Below, piece after piece: positions 1-7,732 of a stretch of DNA of 24,000 nucleotides. The DNA is from Pseudactinotalea sp. HY158 (GTDB taxonomy: Bacteria > Actinomycetota > Actinomycetes > Actinomycetales > Beutenbergiaceae): the NCBI RefSeq assembly GCF_009660225.1, contig NZ_CP045920.1, forward strand, positions 2,406,079-2,430,078, written 5' to 3'. Each line of letters begins with the position of its first letter. The first letter of the stretch is position 1. Below the pieces are notes generated by a model, which saw nothing but the letters and a program-made list of their open reading frames with translations, did not search any database and was not told the DNA's origin. The translations under genes and the position numbers were made by a program.

Positions 1-522
1 CTGCCCCGGCCGGATCTGCTCCGACTGAACCGCACCCGGCAGCACCGCACCCGGCAGCACCGCACCCGGCAGCACCGCACCGGGCAGCGCCGGCCCCGGC
101 AGCGCCGGAAGCACGGGCACCTGCGGCTGCACCGGGGTGAGCCAGTCGTGCACGCCGTCGAGCAGCACGAGATCCGGCACGCAGCCGGCCCCGCACACCT
201 GCGCCAGCGCCCGGTGCCCGGCCAGGCGCAGCGCCGCGATGATGCCGTACGCGTCGATCTCGGCCGGGCTCGCGTGCCCGACCGCGCCGGCCACGCACCA
301 GCGGCGGATCGGATCCAACAGTCGCATCCGGGCCTCGGGGGTGAGGAGCTTGGAATCGCGCAGCCCGGCCGGCAGCCGCCCGGTCGAGCCGTCCACGACC
401 ACGACCCCGACGCTCACCGGCCCGGCGAGGGCGCCCCGGCCGACCTCGTCCATGCCTGCGATCCGCGCGTGGGAGGCCAGCAGCTCCTTCTCGAGCGTGC
501 GCGTGGGGGCGGATGCGGGCAT
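1..522 (-). CDS. rnhB: Ribonuclease HII, N-terminal part (C-terminus runs off the left window edge)
   Basis: Absent from the ORF track because it is open at the window edge. My translation of the reverse strand from ATG at 522 reads [45 protein letters not shown]...[11 protein letters not shown]...[33 protein letters not shown] and DSK match RNase HII catalytic motifs. It starts 22 nt after the lepB stop, the conserved lepB-rnhB order in actinobacteria. Confidence 0.85.
   Translation of the reverse strand, partial: MPASAPTRTLEKELLASHARIAGMDEVGRGALAGPVSVGVVVVDGSTGRLPAGLRDSKLLTPEARMRLLDPIRRWCVAGAVGHASPAEIDAYGIIAALRLAGHRALAQVCGAGCVPDLVLLDGVHDWLTPVQPQVPVLPALPGPALPGAVLPGAVLPGAVLPGAVQSEQIRPGQ
31..105. 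repeat. 15-bp in-frame tandem repeat inside rnhB (unit CGCACCCGGCAGCAC; 3 perfect copies at 31-75 plus 2 degenerate copies at 76-105)
   Basis: Read directly from the sequence. On the minus strand it encodes ...[28 protein letters not shown]..., a low-complexity insert in RNase HII. Confidence 0.85.
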
Positions 523-544
523 GGCTCCTACGGTAACGCGGGCC

Positions 545-1456
545 TCAGTCGCCCGCGGTCTCCTGGTCCGGAGCCGGTTCCCGGGTGCCGGGATCGGGCA
601 CGTCGGCGAACGTCTCGCCCGAGCGTCCGATCATGCCGAGCCGGTCGAGCGGCCACACCCGCACCCAGGCGGTGCCCACAACGTTGTCGATCGGCACGAA
701 GCCCCCGCCGACCGCGCCCTGGGAGTACCGCGAATCCTGCGACCTGGGGCGGTTGTCACCCATGACCCACAGGTGTTCGGCGGGCACGGTCTCGTCGAAG
801 GTCTTCTCGCTCGGCACCGCGCCCGGCTTGATGTACGGCTCGTCCAGGGGCGCGCCGTTGACGGTCACGCGGCCCTGGTCGTCACAGCAGGCCACCTCGT
901 CGCCGGGCAGGCCGATGACCCGCTTGATGAGGTGCTCGCCGGCGTCCGCGGGCAGCAGGCCCACCCACGTGAGCACCTGCTGGACCACGGTCGGCTCCTC
1001 GTAGTGCGGCCGCAGCCAGCCGCCCGGGTCCACGAACACCACGACGTCGCCGCGTTGGATGTCGAGCGGGCCGGGCCGGAGCTTGTTCACGATGAGGCGG
1101 TCGTCAACCTTGAGCGTGTCCTCCATCGACTCGCTCGGGATGTAGAACGCCTGAGCGAAGAAGGTCTTGATCACGAGGGAGATGACGAGCGCGGCGACCA
1201 CCACGATCGCGGCCTCGCGCAGGAACCCGAGCACGCCCTGACTCTGCGCACCCGGCCGACCCGAGGCCGTGCCGCCACGTCGCTGCGCGGGAGGCTCCGT
1301 CGTCCCCGATCGACCGACGATCACCTGTCGGGGTCGGTCGGCCGGCGGGAGCCGATGCGGATCCGCGGGCGGGAACGACGGCGGCCGGGAGGGGACGCCG
1401 TCCCCGATGGGGTCGACATCCTCCTGCCCGGCCGAGTCAGGACCTTCGTAGGTCAA
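545..1456 (-). CDS. lepB: Signal peptidase I
   Basis: ORF 545..1678 contains the SPase I boxes [10 protein letters not shown] (catalytic Ser), [12 protein letters not shown] (catalytic Lys), [13 protein letters not shown] and a TM segment [15 protein letters not shown]. The ORF 5' end overlaps rplS, so I place the start at in-frame TTG 1456, 1 nt after the rplS stop. GTG 1324 is an alternative start. Confidence 0.88.
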   Translation of the reverse strand: MTYEGPDSAGQEDVDPIGDGVPSRPPSFPPADPHRLPPADRPRQVIVGRSGTTEPPAQRRGGTASGRPGAQSQGVLGFLREAAIVVVAALVISLVIKTFFAQAFYIPSESMEDTLKVDDRLIVNKLRPGPLDIQRGDVVVFVDPGGWLRPHYEEPTVVQQVLTWVGLLPADAGEHLIKRVIGLPGDEVACCDDQGRVTVNGAPLDEPYIKPGAVPSEKTFDETVPAEHLWVMGDNRPRSQDSRYSQGAVGGGFVPIDNVVGTAWVRVWPLDRLGMIGRSGETFADVPDPGTREPAPDQETAGD

Positions 1457-1457
1457 C

Positions 1458-1808
1458 TCAGTTCGCGGTCTCGCGCAGTTCCTTGACGCGGGTCGCCTTG
1501 CCCTTGCGATCGCGCAGGTAGTACAGCTTCGCGCGGCGCACGTCACCGCGGGTGACGACCTCGATCTTGTCGACCGTGGGCGAGTGCAGCGGGAACACAC
1601 GCTCGACGCCGACACCGAAGGAGAACTTGCGCACGCGGCACGTCTCCCGCAGGCCACTGCCCTGGCGCCCGAGCACAACGCCCTGGAAGATCTGCACGCG
1701 CGAGCGGCTGCCTTCCACGATGTTCACGTGCACCTTGACCGTGTCACCGGCCCGGAACTGCGGGATCTCCTTGAGGGAGCCCGCGTCGATCGAATCCAGT
1801 TTCTGCAT
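1458..1808 (-). CDS. rplS: 50S ribosomal protein L19
   Basis: 116 aa: [50 protein letters not shown]...[10 protein letters not shown] is a typical bacterial L19. GGAAGG lies 6 nt upstream of the ATG. Confidence 0.97.
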   Translation of the reverse strand: MQKLDSIDAGSLKEIPQFRAGDTVKVHVNIVEGSRSRVQIFQGVVLGRQGSGLRETCRVRKFSFGVGVERVFPLHSPTVDKIEVVTRGDVRRAKLYYLRDRKGKATRVKELRETAN

Positions 1809-1955
1809 GGTGTGCCTTCCCGCGCTTGCCTCGGGTCAAGAGCGAATGTTCGGGCGGTGGTTCCGCCGTGATCAGGGTGGGCCGGTGATCGTGTGGATGG
1901 TCGCTCCCCCGCGGCAGAGCGAACCGGCGGCTCACCGGGCCGTCGCTGAAGTTTG

Positions 1956-3287
1956 TCACACCCCGGGCCGCGGTGGAAATCCATCCGGGTCGAGCGTGCG
2001 CTCCATCACGTAGTCGTCCTCGACGCGCGCGCCGACGGTGAACGTGCGCTCCCCCGCGACGGCGAATGAATGACGCCGGTAGAAGGCCTGGGCGCGGGCG
2101 TTGCGTTGGTTCACGCCGAGCCACAGGCGGGCCATCCCGGCCGCGGCGGCGCCCTCGATCGCGGCCTCGAGCAGCCGGTCCGCGACGCCGCTGCCGTGGT
2201 GCTCGGGCAGCACGTAGACCTTGTTCAGGTCGCCGACCCGGCCGGCCGGCCCACTCGGCCCAGTGGACCCGGTCAACACAGTGGGCGCGAGGGGGCCCCG
2301 GTGGTCGAGCACGACCATCGCGTAGCCCACGACGGCCCCGGCGACCTCGGCGAGCCAGAGCTGTCGCCGCCGCGCCTTGGCCCAGCCCCGGAACGCGGCC
2401 GCGGTCAGGTTCTCCGCAACGAAGGCCGCCGCCTCCGCGGGCGGGAATCCGGGCGGGCAGGCGAGCGGGAAGGTGCGGGCCGCGACGTCGGCAAGGTCGG
2501 CGGCGTCGGAGAGCCGGGCGCGGCGCACGCTCACCTCGTGGGCGGCCAGGAGGTCGGGGCGGACGGCGGCCGTGCGGGCCACGGCCCGGGCGCGCCGCCA
2601 CCGCTCGATCCGGCCGTGGTCGCCGGAGCGCAACACCGCGGGGATGTCGAGTCCGCGCCACTGCGCCGGGGCCGTGTACACGGGGTACTCGAGCAGGCCC
2701 GCCCGGCCGTGCGACTCCTCCACGAGCGAGTGCGGGTTACCCACGACCCCGGGCAGGAGGCGCCCGATCGCCTCGATCATCACGACCGCGGCGACCTCGC
2801 CCCCGTTGAGCACGTAGTCGCCGATCGACAGCTCCCGCACGCGCACCCCCGCCGCGGCGTAGTGGGCGCCCACGCGGGCGTCGATGCCCTCGTACCGGCC
2901 GCAGGCCACGATCAGGTGGGCCCCGCCGGCGATCTCGGCGGCGATCTCCCCGGCGATCCGCTGGGTGAACGGCTCCCCCGCCGGGGTGGGCACGACGAGG
3001 GTCGCCGGCGCGCCCGGGTCCGAGCCTGTGAGGAGGTCGTCGATCGCGCGCCCCCAGACGTCGGGGCGCATGACCATGCCCGCACCGCCGCCGGCCGGGG
3101 TGTCGTCGACGGTCCGGTGCCGGTCCGTGGTCCAGTCCCGCAGATCATGGACGCCGACCCGCAGGTCTCCCTGCGCGCGCGCCTTCCCCAGGAGCGAGAG
3201 CTCGAGCACGTCGAGGAACGCCGGGAAGATCGACACGATGTCGATCTTCCCGGCGTTCGGGCCGTCCGGTTGCCGCGCCTCGGTCAC
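1956..3287 (-). CDS. trmD: tRNA (guanine37-N1)-methyltransferase TrmD fused in frame to a C-terminal GNAT N-acetyltransferase domain
   Basis: 443 aa. Residues 1-250 are TrmD ([98 protein letters not shown]...RPDLL). Residues 254-443 are a full GNAT fold ([28 protein letters not shown] acetyl-CoA motif [14 protein letters not shown]). There is no stop between the domains. The start overlaps the rimM stop by 4 nt. Confidence 0.85.
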   Translation of the reverse strand: MTEARQPDGPNAGKIDIVSIFPAFLDVLELSLLGKARAQGDLRVGVHDLRDWTTDRHRTVDDTPAGGGAGMVMRPDVWGRAIDDLLTGSDPGAPATLVVPTPAGEPFTQRIAGEIAAEIAGGAHLIVACGRYEGIDARVGAHYAAAGVRVRELSIGDYVLNGGEVAAVVMIEAIGRLLPGVVGNPHSLVEESHGRAGLLEYPVYTAPAQWRGLDIPAVLRSGDHGRIERWRRARAVARTAAVRPDLLAAHEVSVRRARLSDAADLADVAARTFPLACPPGFPPAEAAAFVAENLTAAAFRGWAKARRRQLWLAEVAGAVVGYAMVVLDHRGPLAPTVLTGSTGPSGPAGRVGDLNKVYVLPEHHGSGVADRLLEAAIEGAAAAGMARLWLGVNQRNARAQAFYRRHSFAVAGERTFTVGARVEDDYVMERTLDPDGFPPRPGV

Positions 3288-3859
3288 GGGCGCTCGTCCG
3301 TGTCGGTGGTGTCAGCTCTGTCGGCTGTGTCGCCGGGGTCGGCAGTATCGGCAGTATCGGCACTGTCGTCGGCATCACCGGCGAGCAGACCCGCCGGCGG
3401 GTCGATCACGACCCGCCCGCCGGGAACGTCGACCACGGGCACGATGGCGGCGACGAACGGCACGAGCGTGCGCGCCCCGGAGGTTTCGGCGAGCACGAGC
3501 ACGTCGTGGGCCGGGTAGTACTCGAGCCCACGGATCTGGCCGAGCACCCGGCCGGTGGGATCCTCCGCCCGCAGCCCGGCGAGCTCGTGCGGGTACCACG
3601 CGTCGGGTTCACTCTCGGGCTCGGTCAGGAGCTCGACGCCCCGGAGGCCCTCGACCGCAGTGCGGTCCTCGTAGCCCTCGAAGCTCGCGTACCAGTGGGA
3701 TTCGCGCCGCAGCAGTGCGGCGATCGTGAGCGGGCCGGCCGCGCTCGTCAGCGTCGTGCCCACCGCGAGCCGCTCGGTCGGGCGGTCGGTGTGCAGGCGC
3801 AGCCGTGCGAGCCCGCGCAGCCCGTTCGGGGCGCCGATCGTGGCGATCCGCAGCAGCAT
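3284..3859 (-). CDS. rimM: 16S rRNA processing protein RimM
   Basis: ORF 3284..3913. The start is set at ATG 3859 ([20 protein letters not shown]...), preceded by GAGGA 4 nt upstream. RimM/PRC-barrel-like sequence ([27 protein letters not shown]). Acidic D/T/A-rich C-terminal tail. Canonical rimM-trmD order. Confidence 0.88.
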   Translation of the reverse strand: MLLRIATIGAPNGLRGLARLRLHTDRPTERLAVGTTLTSAAGPLTIAALLRRESHWYASFEGYEDRTAVEGLRGVELLTEPESEPDAWYPHELAGLRAEDPTGRVLGQIRGLEYYPAHDVLVLAETSGARTLVPFVAAIVPVVDVPGGRVVIDPPAGLLAGDADDSADTADTADPGDTADRADTTDTDERP

Positions 3860-3899
3860 CGGTTCCTCAGTCACCGCCGGCGATTCCTTCCGCTCATGC

Positions 3900-3933
3900 G
3901 AACGGGCCCGCACTGTGCAATGCGGGCCCGTTC
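3900..3933 (-). terminator. Perfect 13-bp GC-rich hairpin (GAACGGGCCCGCA / 8-nt loop / TGCGGGCCCGTTC) between the KH-protein gene and rimM; no U tract
   Basis: Inverted repeat read directly. It starts 10 nt after the KH-gene stop (3944) and ends 40 nt upstream of the rimM start (3859). Confidence 0.4.
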
Positions 3934-3943
3934 ACGGCTGATC

Positions 3944-4183
3944 TCAACGACGATCGACGTCCACCACGTCGACCCGCACGGGGCCGTCGGTGGAGAGCGC
4001 GTTCATCACGGTCCGCAGCGCTCGCGCGGTGCGGCCCGAACGGCCGATGACCCGACCGAGATCGTCGGGGTGGACCCGGACCTCGAGCAGGTCCCCGCGG
4101 CGCAGCGACCGCGCGGTGACCTGGACGTCGTCGGGCTTGTCGACGATCCCGCGCACCAGGTGGTCGAGCGCGTCGGTGAGCAT
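3944..4183 (-). CDS. KH-domain RNA-binding protein (YlqC / Rv2908c-like)
   Basis: Only the last 79 codons of ORF 3944..4933 are credible: [63 protein letters not shown], with the KH GxxG motif (IGRSGRTA). The ATG at 4183 overlaps the rpsP TGA (ATGA). Conserved rpsP-KH-rimM order. Confidence 0.85.
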   Translation of the reverse strand: MLTDALDHLVRGIVDKPDDVQVTARSLRRGDLLEVRVHPDDLGRVIGRSGRTARALRTVMNALSTDGPVRVDVVDVDRR

Positions 4184-4626
4184 CAGTCCTCGCTGTTCGA
4201 GGTGTCCGCGGACTCGTCGGCGGGGGCCTCGGCAGCCTTGGCCGCGGCGGCGGCCTTGGCCTCGGAGGCCCGGGCCTTGCGCAGTTCGGCGTCCGCCTCG
4301 GCGGCCTTGACGGCCTCGGCCGGGTCGCCCTTCTCGGCCTTGACCGTCAGGGTGCCCTCGGTGCCGGGCAGGCCCTTGTGGGTCTGCCAGTCGCCGGTCA
4401 CCTTGAGGAGTGCGAGCACCTGCTCGGTGGGCTGTGCGCCCACGCCGAGCCAGTACTGCGCGCGCTCCCGGTCGATGTCGATGAGCGAGGGCTCCTCGGT
4501 CGGGTGGTACTTGCCGATCTCCTCGATCACGCGACCGTCGCGCTTGGTGCGCGAGTCGGCGACGACGACACGGTAGTAGGGCGCCCGGATCTTGCCGAGA
4601 CGCTTCAAACGGATCTTGACAGCCAC
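4183..4626 (-). CDS. rpsP: 30S ribosomal protein S16 with an Ala/Glu-rich actinobacterial C-terminal extension
   Basis: ORF 4183..4638. The canonical S16 N-terminus (M)[31 protein letters not shown] begins at the second GTG (4626). AGGAG abuts the first GTG but lies 11 nt from the second. Confidence 0.94.
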   Translation of the reverse strand: MAVKIRLKRLGKIRAPYYRVVVADSRTKRDGRVIEEIGKYHPTEEPSLIDIDRERAQYWLGVGAQPTEQVLALLKVTGDWQTHKGLPGTEGTLTVKAEKGDPAEAVKAAEADAELRKARASEAKAAAAAKAAEAPADESADTSNSED

Positions 4627-4902
4627 GTGTTGGCTCACTCCTGGTTCGTGGGGGGTGAATACCGCCGCCTGCAGGTGGGGCCAACCGGCGGACGATCTTC
4701 GTGGACGCGTGTCGCATCAGTGAGAGGGCTGAGTGCACACGGGTACAGCGGGTTAGTCTGCCAGATGCCGGGGGCCTGCTGCCACTCGGCCCCTCCCGCG
4801 GGACTGTGGCGCGGGTCACAGGCGGCGACCTCGCGCGGGCAGATGGCCCAGGTGTCCGGCGCCACGGGGCCCGCGCCGGGGCCATCCAGACGAGCGAACG
4901 GG

Positions 4903-6051
4903 TCAGGTCGCGGCGCGTGAAGTGTTCAGCCATGCGCGCTCAGTCGAGTCGTCGTAGAGAACGACATGCACAGACTCGGCGGCGTCGGAGGGGTCATCCA
5001 ACCCGGCCGCGCTGAAGAACTTCTCTCGAACTTCACCCTGCGTCAGAACTGAGGAGCCACCGTTGAACCAGTAGATGATCAACTCTGGTCGATACTCGAA
5101 CCGTTCGTCATCCGTGGAACGCTCTCGCCCAAGCGACTCCGCGATGTGCCGCCACCACCAGCGATCAGATTCGCCGAGCGAACAGCCGAAGATGATGTAG
5201 AGCTCCGTGTCAGCGAAGAGGTGCTTGTAGCGGCGCTCGTTCTGCGCCCAGAACGGCTTCGCGAGCCGCAAACCGCGGTCCTGATTGCCGGCCGTTCGCA
5301 CGGGCTCATCGATCCCGAACAGGAGTGATCGCGGAATGCTCTGGTGCCCGTGCGGGTGAACAACGTCGGTCATGACGTAGGAGGAGAACGTGTCTCCCGG
5401 CCGAACGTGGGCGTTCGCCACCTCGGACGGGTTGCCCTTGAAGACGAAGTTGCGATCGACCGTCCGGTACGGGAGTGGATCGAACTGCTTCTGATCCAGG
5501 TAGACGAAGTCATCAAGCAACGGCGTGTAGTTGAAGTTGACGAACAGGAAGTTGTACACGTCGAAGTTCTGCACGCGCCCTGGAAACCCCATGCGGCGAT
5601 AGACCTCGGGCTCGAGGTCGCCGAGGAAGCCGCTGAGGGACCCCACCGCCAACGATCGGTCCATCGAGTCCGATCCCAAGGCCGTGAGCAGGTCGCTCGG
5701 AACTGCGAGACTCAGGAACTCCGAGAACTCACCCTGCATGTCCCGGAGGGCCTGCGAAAGGTCAGTCGCGCGCCAAGGGTCCCGCGCCAACAGGTCGGCA
5801 ACGACGCCTTCGACGTCACTCCAGTCCTCCTTCCCTTCTTCGCGGAGCTTCTCCATCTCCTGAAGGATCGGATTCCCCTCATCGAATGAACGAAGCTTCA
5901 GGAAGTGATAGAAGCTGACGTACCTCGTGTCGACAGCCGAGCCGTAGTCGGATAGAGCCTGAACGTCGAACCCGTTGCCGACGAAAGCGATGATGTTGTG
6001 CTGGTTGCCTGGACTGTCGAAGCCCGAGGCCCGGTACTCGCGATGGCCCAT
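4903..6051 (-). CDS. AbiH-family-like abortive infection protein (putative)
   Basis: 382 aa. The motif order matches my recollection of the AbiH family (Pfam PF14253): N-terminal IIAFVGNGFDV...TRYVSFYHFL, central FVNFNYTPLLDDF, VVHPHGHQ...LLFGIDEP, and C-terminal LYIIFGCSLGESDRWWWRHIAE. The ATG at 6051 lies 3 nt after the upstream stop. The gene is markedly AT-richer than the rest of the window. Confidence 0.62.
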   Translation of the reverse strand: MGHREYRASGFDSPGNQHNIIAFVGNGFDVQALSDYGSAVDTRYVSFYHFLKLRSFDEGNPILQEMEKLREEGKEDWSDVEGVVADLLARDPWRATDLSQALRDMQGEFSEFLSLAVPSDLLTALGSDSMDRSLAVGSLSGFLGDLEPEVYRRMGFPGRVQNFDVYNFLFVNFNYTPLLDDFVYLDQKQFDPLPYRTVDRNFVFKGNPSEVANAHVRPGDTFSSYVMTDVVHPHGHQSIPRSLLFGIDEPVRTAGNQDRGLRLAKPFWAQNERRYKHLFADTELYIIFGCSLGESDRWWWRHIAESLGRERSTDDERFEYRPELIIYWFNGGSSVLTQGEVREKFFSAAGLDDPSDAAESVHVVLYDDSTERAWLNTSRAAT

Positions 6052-6054
6052 CTT

Positions 6055-6939
6055 CTAACCCCGACGCTCATCGGGGCACGGAACAACAACGCAGTCGGTC
6101 AAGGTATCCCTCCACAACTCGAAGACATGGTCCATCTCGGCCGGATCGACGAACGTGTCGAACGTCGACTTGGCGCGCTCGACGTTCACTCGGTCGCGGA
6201 GGACCCCGGCCGTCCACTCGATGCTCTGGCGGACGTCCGCCCCGACCTCGGCGTGGTCGGCGAACTCGGCGATCACCCGGGCCGTGTCGACCGGATCGGC
6301 CACGGCCATGAGCCGCCATAGGTCGCCGAGGTCCTTGTCGCGGACCTGCCCCGTGCGCGGCGCCCGCAGCCGTTCTCCGATCTTGGAGCCCTTTGCGAGG
6401 ATCAGCGCAGGGACCTCGGCCACGTTGACCCGCGCCGACAGTCGCGCGTCGGCGAGGTCGGTGATCGTCAGGGGTGATCGATTGAAGGCCGCAAGCTCTA
6501 GACCCAAGGCGTTTCCGACCGCGAGCTTGCCGTGCGCTGGTTGCAGAGCGGGCACCCCCCGCCTGGTCCGGCTCGCCGTGCCCGACAAGCCGTGCGGCGC
6601 GAGCAGGTCGATCTTCTCCCGGAACGCCCGCGTCCCGTCCGGCTCGTCGTACGACTCTCGCCCCCACAGTCCCGGCCGCGCCGTGGTGCGATGTTCGTAG
6701 CCGGCTTCGGCCAGCAGTGCCTCGATGCTGGGCACATCGCCGACCAACCCCGGCGTGACGCCGAGGTCGCCGTCTCCGGTCGGCATCCTCGGCACGTCGA
6801 GGTCCATCGTGCGCAAGAGGACGGCGTGGGCTCCGACCAACGTCAGCGATTCGGCATGGGCCGCAAGGACACCGACGACGTTGATGATCGCACGGCGGCT
6901 CCACTCGATCTCGGTGCGCGGCGCCTTGAGGTCCCTCAT
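6055..6939 (-). CDS. Minimal nucleotidyltransferase-fold protein, AbiEii/DUF1814-like putative toxin
   Basis: 294 aa. NTase-like N-terminus LTLVGAHAVLLR...MPTGDGDLGV (hG[GSA]...DxD), followed by EKIDLL, ILAKGSKIGERLR and RDKDLGDLWRLM. These resemble the AbiEii pattern (K..A...R, RDlyDl). The ATG at 6939 overlaps the upstream TGA (ATGA). Assignment is by eye only. Confidence 0.5.
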   Translation of the reverse strand: MRDLKAPRTEIEWSRRAIINVVGVLAAHAESLTLVGAHAVLLRTMDLDVPRMPTGDGDLGVTPGLVGDVPSIEALLAEAGYEHRTTARPGLWGRESYDEPDGTRAFREKIDLLAPHGLSGTASRTRRGVPALQPAHGKLAVGNALGLELAAFNRSPLTITDLADARLSARVNVAEVPALILAKGSKIGERLRAPRTGQVRDKDLGDLWRLMAVADPVDTARVIAEFADHAEVGADVRQSIEWTAGVLRDRVNVERAKSTFDTFVDPAEMDHVFELWRDTLTDCVVVPCPDERRG

Positions 6940-7697
6940 GCCACTCGCCGCCCCAGCAGGATGTCGGCCTGTTCGGCCATGCGGTCGATGCCGCCGTAGG
7001 CGTCGATGACGACCTGGTCGCGTGCCACCACCGTGACGTCATCGATCGTGGTGCGCCCGAGCTCACACACCCCGTCGAACGGGATCAGGGTGACGCGCAT
7101 GCCGAAGGAGACCGGGTCTTTGCGCACCAGGCCCGCAGTCTGGGCTGCGCGTTCGACGTCCTCGACGTAGAGGACCGGCCATGCCTCGCCCGCGCTGGAG
7201 CGATAGAGGTTCGCAGCGGCATCGCCGGTCACGGCGTAGTCCACGCCTGCGGGGCCCAAGGCATCGGCAAGCTCGAATGCGGTCGCGCCGGCCTTGAAAC
7301 CGACCGCTCCGGCCCGACGAGTCAGCCGAGCGGCGCGCCCCGCCCGAAACAGGAGATCGGCTTCTTTGCCGGCGACCGTCCGGCCGCGGTCATCGATGAG
7401 CCCGATCCGCGCCCAGCGCTGCCGCCAGGCGTCGACGGCCGGCGTCATCTCGATGCCCAACGTGGGATCGAAGGCCAACCGGGCGGCTGCGATCGCCCCG
7501 ACGTCGGCGGCACCGGTGAATCCGATCGGCTCCCCCAGGACCGTCAGGATCTCCTGAGCCAGATCGAACGACGGGCTGACCGCACCGGACTCGATCCGGG
7601 TCACCGTCGTCGGGGCAACGTCGACCAACGCCGCGAGTTGTCGAGCACTGAGCCCGTTCACGCGACGCAGCATCGAGATGCGCTCCGCAAGGTCCAC
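6936..7697 (-). CDS. XRE-type HTH protein with AbiEi-like C-terminal domain (putative antitoxin / autoregulator)
   Basis: 253 aa. N-terminal HTH: LRRVNGLSARQLAALVDVAPTTVTRIESGAVSPSFDLAQEIL. The C-terminal part (DYAVTGDAAANLY...WPVLYVED...VVARDQVVIDAYGGIDRMAEQADILL) resembles AbiEi-family antitoxins. GTG start at 7697; ATG 7673 is the alternative. Confidence 0.62.
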   Translation of the reverse strand: MDLAERISMLRRVNGLSARQLAALVDVAPTTVTRIESGAVSPSFDLAQEILTVLGEPIGFTGAADVGAIAAARLAFDPTLGIEMTPAVDAWRQRWARIGLIDDRGRTVAGKEADLLFRAGRAARLTRRAGAVGFKAGATAFELADALGPAGVDYAVTGDAAANLYRSSAGEAWPVLYVEDVERAAQTAGLVRKDPVSFGMRVTLIPFDGVCELGRTTIDDVTVVARDQVVIDAYGGIDRMAEQADILLGRRVA

Positions 7698-7703
7698 GAG
7701 CCA

Positions 7704-7732
7704 AGCCTACAGCGGCGTTGCAAATACGCAAC
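7704..7732 (-). promoter_or_regulatory. Candidate leaderless promoter plus palindromic operator of the three-gene operon
   Basis: Minus strand reads TTGCGT (7731-7726) - 16 nt - TAGGCT (7709-7704) - 6 nt - GTG (7697). The palindrome GTTGC-aaatac-GCAAC (7717-7732) overlaps the -35 and spacer. This is the most AT-rich patch of the intergenic region. Confidence 0.4.

Larger units (their letters stand above)
4757..7732 (-). other. Lower-GC accessory islet (three-gene operon with its own promoter) inserted in the rpsP - amidohydrolase/ffh interval
   Basis: Hand-counted G+C per 60-nt line is 30-33 within 5041-5940 and 36-44 within 6061-7140, against 48-49 in flanking core genes (4201-4260, 8041-8100). 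The gene content is unrelated to the flanking translation/SRP genes. The boundaries are approximate. Confidence 0.55.

Noticed and set aside
1809-1955. Structured leader upstream of rplS (long-range CCGGTGA/TCACCGG pairing enclosing a CGCTC/GAGCG hairpin), considered as an L19 autoregulatory leader
   Set aside because: The stems are short (5-7 bp) and plausible by chance in GC-rich DNA. The known L19 leader motif that I recall is from Firmicutes, and I cannot match it here.
1744-2661. Overlapping minus-strand Arg/Pro-rich ORFs in alternative frames (for example 1744..2661, 7819..8673, 10298..11089, 13207..14196, 14962..15594, 17216..17785, 20877..21842)
   Set aside because: They share a strand but not a frame with well-supported genes. 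Their composition (runs of R, P, G) is typical of off-frame translation of GC-rich coding DNA. None has a plausible start context or any motif.
4641-4660. tRNA-like GGTTCG string (cctGGTTCGtgggggg) next to the islet, considered as a possible tRNA integration target
   Set aside because: The loop is not the TTCGAAT/TTCAAAT T-loop consensus, no acceptor or anticodon arms can be drawn, and the string overlaps the rpsP ribosome-binding site (AGGAG on the other strand).
4640-4700. rpsP promoter call (TTGGCC - 17 nt - TATTCA on the minus strand)
   Set aside because: The -10 candidate lacks the conserved final T of the TANNNT consensus and no other support exists, so it is too weak to report as a feature.
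4635-4865. 76-aa minus-strand ORF in the rpsP upstream region, considered as a possible fourth islet gene
   Set aside because: It overlaps the rpsP start region, has Pro/Arg/Cys-rich composition and no SD or leaderless-type start context, and sits in a hairpin-rich non-coding stretch.
4184-4933. 5' extension of the 329-aa ORF 3944..4933 across rpsP and its upstream region
   Set aside because: Only the last 79 codons encode the KH protein. The rest overlaps rpsP in another frame and continues through its promoter region with an Arg/Pro-rich nonsense sequence.
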